Virus record (IMG/VR): IMGVR_UViG_3300042473_001002
Reading direction: 5' to 3' (one strand)
Length of the DNA: 64,000 nucleotides
Source of the DNA: a virus
Taxonomy: Duplodnaviria; Heunggongvirae; Uroviricota; Caudoviricetes; Crassvirales
Both the position numbers and the translations under genes were made by a program. The notes below the pieces were generated by a model. It was not told the DNA's origin, searched no databases, and saw nothing but the letters and a program-made list of their open reading frames with translations. Shown here piece by piece: positions 56,767 to 64,000 of the stretch; the first letter of the stretch is position 1; each line of letters starts with the position of its first letter.

Positions 56767-58461
56767 TTATTTATTTTTAATTAAAAACCCACCTAATTTT
56801 TTTTGACCAGATTCTATTTCTTTTTTAACTTCTTCATTAGTAGCTTTTGTTCCGTCAGGTTTAATCCAATAACTACCATCCCATTTATACCCATAAGTAT
56901 TTTTTGCAATACGTTTAAAAGTTTCTTCTTTACCTATATCACCAACACCTTCTCCAATTCCAGAAATAAATTTAGATTTTTCATTTCTATAAGCTGCGGA
57001 ATTTCTATCATTAATATCTAATTCTGCATTATCTTGTTGTAAATTAGTAGCATTAATTCCAGCATTAAATTGTTGACCTTGTACATTAGTAGCTCTATTT
57101 TGAGCTTCTGCATTTATATAAGCATCAGACATTGCTTTAGTTTTATTAATACCTGCACCTAAGATATTACTTCTTAATGCTCCCATTGAACCATTAGTAG
57201 CTCCACTTAAAGCATTAACAGTATTATTAGTTTCATTAGATACAATATTTTGCAAACTTCTTTCATCAACATATTCTGGATTAAATCTTTGATCTAATCT
57301 ATCAAGTCTTGAATATCCAGGTTTTTTTAATTGAGATAGTTGATACGCATTTGTAGCAATTGGAGCATATCTTGCAGCTTGTCCTAATGTATTTCCTAAT
57401 TTAGTTAAATCTGCTTTTGGTAAAATATCAGATTTTGAATTTTTATATATTTTGTCAACTTCTGTTTGATTAAAATTATTTGTTTGAGGATTTATTCCTT
57501 CAGTAACATTTAATCCATTTTGAACTTCTTGTGGTAATTTATCATAAGTTCCAAATTGCGTAGATGGTGTATTTAAAGTTTTTAAATTTTCTATATCATT
57601 AGAATTAATAGAATTAGATAAAAAGTTTTTGTAGTCATTACCATACTTAGAATAAGCCTTATTACTTTCATTACCCCAACTTCCATCAGCTCCAAACTTA
57701 GGTAAAGCATTTTTATTTTTAGTTAATGCAAATTTTTGAAAATCTAATGCATTTTTTTTAATATAATCTGGAACAATTGGTCCACCATCAGCATACATTT
57801 TACCACCCATTGCAAAATCATTAGTAAATTTGTTACTATTAACTATGTGTTGCTCTCTAGCTAACTTTCGAGCAGTTCTTTTTTGTCCAATACCATTAAT
57901 TAAATCTCCAGCAATTCCTCCTAAAGTACCACCAATCATTCCTCCAATTGGACCACCGATTGCAGTTCCAGCTAAAGAACCTGCCATACTTGCTCCTCCA
58001 GATACAACCCCTTCTTTATCTCCTGAAGCTAAAGAAGTTAAAGCCCCTAAACCTTGTTGTAATCCAGGAACACTATTTTCACCTTCTACTTCTAAATCAC
58101 CTCCTAAAAACATTTGGTTTTGTTCAGGATTTACAAGAGGTTCTGTAGGTTTCATAGCTTCTTGTGCTTCTGCTATTTTAGATAACATATTATCTTTTGT
58201 AGACATTGATATTTTATCACTTCTATCTTTAAATTTACTATCAATAATTTTAGTAGCTTCTGCCACTGTTTTATTATTTAAAGTTTTAGGTAAATTATAT
58301 TGTCTAATTATTTCAGGTGTAAGTTTAATTCTATTACTATAGACAAAATCATTTTTAATAGTTTCACCTTCTTCTACTGTATTATTACCACCCATTGGTA
58401 CACCACCGTTAGGATTCTGAGAGTGTAAACCACCTTCATTTATTTGTGTTAATTCATTCAT
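56767..58461 (-). CDS. hypothetical virion-module protein with a Gly-rich low-complexity region (564 aa)
   Basis: GGASMAGSLAGTAIGGPIGGMIGGTLGGIAGDLINGIG. Confidence 0.5.
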   Translation of the reverse strand: MNELTQINEGGLHSQNPNGGVPMGGNNTVEEGETIKNDFVYSNRIKLTPEIIRQYNLPKTLNNKTVAEATKIIDSKFKDRSDKISMSTKDNMLSKIAEAQEAMKPTEPLVNPEQNQMFLGGDLEVEGENSVPGLQQGLGALTSLASGDKEGVVSGGASMAGSLAGTAIGGPIGGMIGGTLGGIAGDLINGIGQKRTARKLAREQHIVNSNKFTNDFAMGGKMYADGGPIVPDYIKKNALDFQKFALTKNKNALPKFGADGSWGNESNKAYSKYGNDYKNFLSNSINSNDIENLKTLNTPSTQFGTYDKLPQEVQNGLNVTEGINPQTNNFNQTEVDKIYKNSKSDILPKADLTKLGNTLGQAARYAPIATNAYQLSQLKKPGYSRLDRLDQRFNPEYVDERSLQNIVSNETNNTVNALSGATNGSMGALRSNILGAGINKTKAMSDAYINAEAQNRATNVQGQQFNAGINATNLQQDNAELDINDRNSAAYRNEKSKFISGIGEGVGDIGKEETFKRIAKNTYGYKWDGSYWIKPDGTKATNEEVKKEIESGQKKLGGFLIKNK

Positions 58462-58605
58462 ATTTTTATATAAGATTAAGTTGTCTTTGTATATTAATAC
58501 AAAGATAGTAAAAATTCATTATTATTCCTAATTAATTCTGAGTTTTTTTATAATAAAAAAAGATATGAATTATATCTTGTGAATATAAAACATATCTTTT
58601 AAATT

Positions 58606-61600
58606 TTAAACTGAATAACTCACAACAATGTCATGAAGTATAAGTTTTTTATTTGTTGTATTATCAAATTCTAAAGTTAAATAAATCCAAGGATTTCTAA
58701 TACGTTCTCTTGTACCATTATTTCTAGGTAAAATTGCATTCCAATCTCTAAATTTACGTCTTAAATTCTTATTACGACCTAATTCTAAAGGTATGATACC
58801 AGAATCTTGATATTCATTATAAAGTCTTAGTGCTGTTAAAGTTTGTTCAGGTTGGTCTATATCATTAATATAAACTTCTGATTTAAACATTATATTATCA
58901 AACACTGTATCCATATCAGCTTCAGGGTTAATCATTAATGTAACAGTACTTTTAAAAGTTTCACCATAAAAATTATTATACTCTCCATTATTTTGTTGAT
59001 ATATTTTATTTATATCTGGATGTGTAGTAATAAAATTATCACCTCTACTTATATACATACTTGGGAAATAATCATGATAACTTATAAATTGATCAATAGC
59101 TTCATTAAATGAAATAGTAAAAGGTTCTTTATTAGTTTGATGAAATGTCATAAACATATCATTGTTAATATAATCATAACCTGATGAAACACCTAATTTA
59201 AGTAATGGGTTATTGATTTTAAGCTCTTCTAAGCTAATATTATTTGTAAACCATATATGAAGACCTTTTGAATCAGATAAACCTTGTGGTTGTCCTTTAA
59301 ATACATTAATTGAATTATTTAATGTATCATAATAATAAAACATTGATGGAGAGTTTACAACTGACCATTTATTTAATGTTCCAGATTCTGTACTTAAATA
59401 TTTATATTCATTTAAAACTGTACCAGTTCCTAATTCTACAGAAATACCATCACTACCTTGAACTTGAACTCTGGGTTGAATTGAAAGATATGCTAACGCA
59501 TTATCTTGTAAAGTATATAATTCATCTTTAAACTTATGGAGAATATTAATAGGTCCATATTTACCATCTAATGTCATTACATTGTTAGGTTGTAAATCTG
59601 TCCAACTATCAATTATTTCACCTGGAACTTTAACTTTAGTAGCTATTATATTTGTATCAAAACCATTTACTTTTTTAAACTTATAATCAACATCTCTACG
59701 TAAAAGTAAATTAGAATCTTGAGAATATACTCTATTGTATTTTTGATATTCATTATACTTAGGTTGAAATCTATTATTCCAATCAGTTAAACTTAAATCA
59801 TTTCTATTTTTCAAATCAATAGTTGTTTCAACTCTAACATTAACAATTTCAGTTAATTGTCTTGAATTAATATTATATATTTCAGTTTCAGTTTTAACTA
59901 ATTTAGTAAACTTAAAATTAGAAACAAAAGTATCACCTGTGTGAATACAATTATATATTGGATTAGTAATTAAATTATAATCACCTATTTCTACATAATT
60001 ACTTCTTTTTTTAGATTCATAAGAATTTCCACCATATATATTTCCAACATAAATTAAATCTTTATTAATTCTAAATTCTCCTATTAAACCCATTCCTTTA
60101 GAAAAATTAGCATTTGATAAAATAAATAATTTTTCTAAACTAATTCTATTAACTGTATCTGTATTCACAGTTCCTAAAGCAAAAGTTACATTTTTTGCTC
60201 CCCAAGAATTTATAGAACTTATTCCATGTTGAGGTGGATCAAGAGATTCTGAGCCATTACCAGTATCAGTACTTAAAGGTTCTAGTGAATTTGAATATGC
60301 TAATTCATTATCATTATTATAAAGAGTTCTACCCTGACCTGTTTCTACTATTTCTGGATTTCCATATATTGTATAAGGATTTAAATTTGAAGAGTTTTTA
60401 AAAACCCCTAAGTATTCTCTATATGTTTGAGTAAATGCCATTTTATTTGGTCCGTGTATAGGTCCAAACCATCCATGTCTATGAAAATTACCAGAAACCC
60501 CATAAATTCCTGAAGAAATTGAAGGAGTTGAAACTGCCTTAATATCATATTCACTAATGGCATTTTCTACTTTTAAAGTTTCTAAAGTTAATTTATTTTC
60601 AATATTTCTAATTTCAGCAAACATTTGATTGTCTGAATTTAATACACCTCCTACTACGTTTAAATTTACATTATTTATATTTTGTAAAAAATTAAAAGTA
60701 ATTTCAGGACTAAACATCTGCATTAACTGATTAAACTGATATGTTCCAGAAGTCCATCCTCCAGAACTTGGGGATTTAAAAACTTCATTATCTCCAGGAT
60801 TAAATGTTTCTGGATGTGTTCCTGGGTTAAATAAATCTACTCTATAATAACTGGAGTTTCTAAACATTGGTGCAAGATAATCATCAAATCTTCTCATCAT
60901 TGATGGTATTTTTAAACCCTTGTTTACTCTTGTTTTTACATCTGTTGGTATTGGTCCATTTATAGGTCCACTATTACCAGTATTATCTCCAGTTACTTGT
61001 GACAACATACCATTAAGTAAACCTTGACATAATATAGTTCTATCTCCAATATTTCTTTCAGCTCTTAATAATTTATATCCTACAGGTTTTAAAAATTCAT
61101 CAAAATTTCCGTTTTTATCTAAAAAGTTATTATTATTATTTAACCAATCATAAAATAAATCTTTAAATTCAATTTCAATAGAGGCATAATAACCATTTAA
61201 ATTAGATTTAAAATCATCTACAATAACTTTAAAATCAGCAATCCATTTAGGTAAACTTTCTTGTCCATAATTATTGTAAAATTGAATCGCTAATCTATAA
61301 ATTTCATTATCTTTTAAGAATTTACCAGTTGAATTTTTAATAGTAAACCCATCAACACCAACTCTATTTCTTTTAATTTTATATTTTAAATAAGCACCTT
61401 CACCTCCAAATATATTAGAATTAAATTGCTTATTATAGAAATCATAGTTTTTATTAATTGTAGAATGTTTATAATCAACTACAGGTAATCCTGTATTAAT
61501 TGTAGATGATGTTATTAATAATTCAGGTTCTTCTGAACTAATAACTCCAGCAGTACTTATTAAAGAATTATAAACAGGTGTACTAATAGTATTAGAAGAA

Positions 61601-62736
61601 AAAGAATAAGCTCTTAAATCAATACTAGTTTCATCATTAGTTGTATTTATATCAAAATTTCTTTCTTTATAATTAGCTAAAAACATTATATTACTTTTAG
61701 TATTTATATGTTTAGGTATTACTATATCTGAACCTAAAAAAGAAAATTCTTCTAATGATATATCTTGAATAATATTACCATCATCATAATAAGTAATACT
61801 GTTTACACCAGTTATTGGTTTATCTAAAATTAATGAAATTTGAGGTAATTGATTATAACTAGTATATTTAATTGAATATAATTTTATATTATTATAATTA
61901 GTATCAATATTATTAATAGTAACAATAGGTGTAGAACCTAAAACTTCATTTACATCACCACCACCTAATCCTATACCTTTATCTAATGCTACTAACTCAC
62001 TTAAAGGACTTAGTTTTGTTTGTGAACTATTTACTTTATATAAATTATAAGCATATTGAATTACACCTGAAGTATGAGTACCACCATAAACAACATTAGA
62101 TATTGTAGGTTGACTAACATTATAAGTACCTGTGATTTGAATAATATTTACATTTAAATCTATTAAATTTTCATAATCTCCATTTTCAATACTATTGTGT
62201 ATATTTAAAAATCTCATTTGATTCTTACCGTCTACCCAGTAAACTTTATCTATAATTTCATTTTCATAATTACTTATAGCTTGTATTGGATTTAATGTAC
62301 TAAAACCTAAATTTCTAATATATAATAATTCAATTTCAAATGTAGAATCATTTACTTTCCACACACAATCAAAACCTCTATTATCTGTAGTAAACAAAAT
62401 AATATTGTTACGTGCTGTAGTATGACCTACTATTAATTGAGTTTCAGAAGATTGAACATCTGTTAAATTATTTACTAAAGAATCTATTTCTTTATTCACA
62501 TAATTTAAAACTTTATCATTATAAAATATTACCTTATTAAATTTATTAATTGTAACTATTGGAATATCTAATATAAAAGAATTACCTTTTTCATTAGTGA
62601 TAGAAAAGGTACTTTGTGAATTAGTTGCAGTTATTTTTATATTTTTAGCATCAAAATAATAAGAGTTTGGAAATTTAGATTTTGTTAAATCTTTAACCAT
62701 ACCTTTATATGATTGTTTTACTTGTTTATTTTGCAT
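58606..62736 (-). CDS. large hypothetical structural (tail?) protein (1376 aa)
   Basis: An uninterrupted 4.1 kb ORF in the virion module. Confidence 0.5.
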   Translation of the reverse strand: MQNKQVKQSYKGMVKDLTKSKFPNSYYFDAKNIKITATNSQSTFSITNEKGNSFILDIPIVTINKFNKVIFYNDKVLNYVNKEIDSLVNNLTDVQSSETQLIVGHTTARNNIILFTTDNRGFDCVWKVNDSTFEIELLYIRNLGFSTLNPIQAISNYENEIIDKVYWVDGKNQMRFLNIHNSIENGDYENLIDLNVNIIQITGTYNVSQPTISNVVYGGTHTSGVIQYAYNLYKVNSSQTKLSPLSELVALDKGIGLGGGDVNEVLGSTPIVTINNIDTNYNNIKLYSIKYTSYNQLPQISLILDKPITGVNSITYYDDGNIIQDISLEEFSFLGSDIVIPKHINTKSNIMFLANYKERNFDINTTNDETSIDLRAYSFSSNTISTPVYNSLISTAGVISSEEPELLITSSTINTGLPVVDYKHSTINKNYDFYNKQFNSNIFGGEGAYLKYKIKRNRVGVDGFTIKNSTGKFLKDNEIYRLAIQFYNNYGQESLPKWIADFKVIVDDFKSNLNGYYASIEIEFKDLFYDWLNNNNNFLDKNGNFDEFLKPVGYKLLRAERNIGDRTILCQGLLNGMLSQVTGDNTGNSGPINGPIPTDVKTRVNKGLKIPSMMRRFDDYLAPMFRNSSYYRVDLFNPGTHPETFNPGDNEVFKSPSSGGWTSGTYQFNQLMQMFSPEITFNFLQNINNVNLNVVGGVLNSDNQMFAEIRNIENKLTLETLKVENAISEYDIKAVSTPSISSGIYGVSGNFHRHGWFGPIHGPNKMAFTQTYREYLGVFKNSSNLNPYTIYGNPEIVETGQGRTLYNNDNELAYSNSLEPLSTDTGNGSESLDPPQHGISSINSWGAKNVTFALGTVNTDTVNRISLEKLFILSNANFSKGMGLIGEFRINKDLIYVGNIYGGNSYESKKRSNYVEIGDYNLITNPIYNCIHTGDTFVSNFKFTKLVKTETEIYNINSRQLTEIVNVRVETTIDLKNRNDLSLTDWNNRFQPKYNEYQKYNRVYSQDSNLLLRRDVDYKFKKVNGFDTNIIATKVKVPGEIIDSWTDLQPNNVMTLDGKYGPINILHKFKDELYTLQDNALAYLSIQPRVQVQGSDGISVELGTGTVLNEYKYLSTESGTLNKWSVVNSPSMFYYYDTLNNSINVFKGQPQGLSDSKGLHIWFTNNISLEELKINNPLLKLGVSSGYDYINNDMFMTFHQTNKEPFTISFNEAIDQFISYHDYFPSMYISRGDNFITTHPDINKIYQQNNGEYNNFYGETFKSTVTLMINPEADMDTVFDNIMFKSEVYINDIDQPEQTLTALRLYNEYQDSGIIPLELGRNKNLRRKFRDWNAILPRNNGTRERIRNPWIYLTLEFDNTTNKKLILHDIVVSYSV

Positions 62737-62739
62737 ATC

Positions 62740-63453
62740 TTAATACTGTTTCAAACGTTCTTTTTTACCAAAGTTTCTGTAGAAATTCTCATGAGCATTA
62801 TCTTGAATTAAAATTCTATTCAAACCTCTCATCATACTTTCTAAATGATCTATTCCAGACAATGTTAATGATGTTCCAGCTTGTCCTAAATACCAACATT
62901 TTTTTTGTTCATAATATTGAAATACTTTATCTGTAATTTTACCCATTGACCAAATAGCTTCAAGATGTCTCCACATTATAAAATATTCTAATCCAAATTT
63001 AAAAGATTCATTATCTGGTACAAGTGGATAACCATTTTCATCTACACCTATAGCTTTATAAGCTACTTCTACAAAACCTTTATTAAAAGATGTAGTTATT
63101 ACACAATTTTGCAAAGTATAAGTAAATTCTGAAGGAAAACCTTCAACTTCAGATACACCACTTTTATGATATAAGTCTGTAGCATATCTCATAGATATAC
63201 CTTCATTATCACAATTTTCTTCACCTATATATTTAACACCACGAACACTAATTAAATTGCTAGGTATAGAACCTTTATAATTCTTAATTTCTACTGTTGA
63301 AACTTCATCTATAAAAGATAAAGGAGCTCCAACTAATCTAATAAACTCTAAAGCAAACTCAGCTGCTTGATCATAAGCTAGATCTTGTGCTAAAGGATGT
63401 CTTAACACTTTATACATTATATGTCCTATAGACACTGATTTACCTGAATTCAT
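62740..63453 (-). CDS. hypothetical protein (237 aa)
   Basis: Tightly packed with its neighbours. Confidence 0.45.
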   Translation of the reverse strand: MNSGKSVSIGHIMYKVLRHPLAQDLAYDQAAEFALEFIRLVGAPLSFIDEVSTVEIKNYKGSIPSNLISVRGVKYIGEENCDNEGISMRYATDLYHKSGVSEVEGFPSEFTYTLQNCVITTSFNKGFVEVAYKAIGVDENGYPLVPDNESFKFGLEYFIMWRHLEAIWSMGKITDKVFQYYEQKKCWYLGQAGTSLTLSGIDHLESMMRGLNRILIQDNAHENFYRNFGKKERLKQY

Positions 63454-63465
63454 ATTTTATTATTT

Positions 63466-63978
63466 TTAATACAAGTCATATGCTTGAAAGTTATCTTTGT
63501 TTGGATCAAATATTCTTTTAGCTAAAGCTCTTTGAAAACTTCTACAAGGTTTAAATCTATAGTATTTTTTATTTGTATAACTATATCCACATTTTAACAT
63601 CTTAATTCTAAATATATATTTAGATGTATGATTATTTAAATGTTTAATAAGGAGTTTTTTATCTTTAGCATCTTTATTTTCTTCCCATAGTTGTAATGTA
63701 GTTTTCCAATCTACAGGATTTTTATTAATTACTTTATTATTTACAATTTCAATTTTTTTAGTTAGTTTTCTAATAGTAAAACAAAGTTGTGATGCTACAG
63801 GTGTAAATTCTAAACCATTATTAATAATTGCATCTACAATTTTTTTATTAAATTCAGAAATAACTTTATGAAATTTTTTCATATCTACAGGATTTTTACT
63901 TTGATTTTTATAAAATTTATAATAATCTTTAATCCCATAATCAGCATTAATCTTACCTTCTTTTCTTTTAATTATCAT
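63466..63978 (-). CDS. hypothetical protein (170 aa)
   Basis: Basic, Lys-rich. Confidence 0.45.
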   Translation of the reverse strand: MIIKRKEGKINADYGIKDYYKFYKNQSKNPVDMKKFHKVISEFNKKIVDAIINNGLEFTPVASQLCFTIRKLTKKIEIVNNKVINKNPVDWKTTLQLWEENKDAKDKKLLIKHLNNHTSKYIFRIKMLKCGYSYTNKKYYRFKPCRSFQRALAKRIFDPNKDNFQAYDLY

Positions 63979-64000
63979 TACTATTATTTTCTTTATCTTC

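Noticed and set aside
57830-58342. A 170 aa + strand ORF (Pro/Ile-rich) opposite the Gly-rich gene.
   Set aside because: It is the reverse-complement artefact of the Gly (GGN) codon run, which reads as Pro (NCC) and Ile/Ala on the other strand.
1-64000. A CRISPR array, a diversity-generating retroelement with reverse transcriptase, an integrase or attachment site, or toxin-antitoxin pairs.
   Set aside because: No ORF has reverse-transcriptase (YxDD) or integrase motifs, and no spacer-repeat array of regular direct repeats or variable-region/template-region (VR/TR) repeat pair was seen. The only strong repeats are the intragenic protein-coding units at 48951 and 49352.

Overview
The window reads as a contiguous segment of a large, very AT-rich double-stranded DNA bacteriophage genome. 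I judged A+T by eye and did not compute it; no database search was possible. Genes are tightly packed, and many adjacent genes overlap start and stop codons (ATGA or TAATG junctions). Positions 1 to about 34,390 are on the + strand and encode DNA replication, recombination and nucleotide-metabolism functions: a family B DNA polymerase, a DnaB-like helicase, a primase-like protein, an SF2 helicase, a P-loop ATPase, a RusA-like resolvase, a PD-(D/E)xK nuclease, class I RNR large and small subunits (NrdA/NrdB), a ThyA-type thymidylate synthase, a MazG-like protein, a metallophosphoesterase, and three free-standing homing endonucleases. Positions 34,458 to 63,978 are on the − strand and encode a virion-type module. 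It contains three tandem giant proteins of 2223, 2347 and 2069 aa; the middle one carries a DxDxD (DYDID) motif like that of the virion-packaged giant RNA polymerases of crAss-like phages. Several further large uncharacterised proteins (1376, 621, 564 aa) follow. The two modules converge on a strong bidirectional intrinsic terminator at 34,395 to 34,437. Three features point to a low-GC Bacteroidota (Flavobacteriia-like) host and a crAss-like (Crassvirales-like) architecture: Shine-Dalgarno sequences are missing, an A-rich AAATAAAA motif sits directly before most start codons, and one gene has a Bacteroidetes-type lipoprotein signal (…LVLVSC). The most unusual content is a roughly 10 kb + strand cluster at 12,770 to 22,888. 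It combines two GGCT/AIG2-like γ-glutamyl cyclotransferase homologues, two class I glutamine-amidotransferase/peptidase-C26 (γ-glutamyl hydrolase-like) homologues, an ATP-grasp ligase, a GCS2/YbdK-like carboxylate-amine ligase and an N-terminal-nucleophile (class II) amidotransferase fused to a large unknown domain, interleaved with unknown proteins. This looks like a γ-glutamyl/peptide amidoligase system. Its substrate, whether a metabolite, a peptide tag or a nucleotide modification, cannot be determined from sequence alone.
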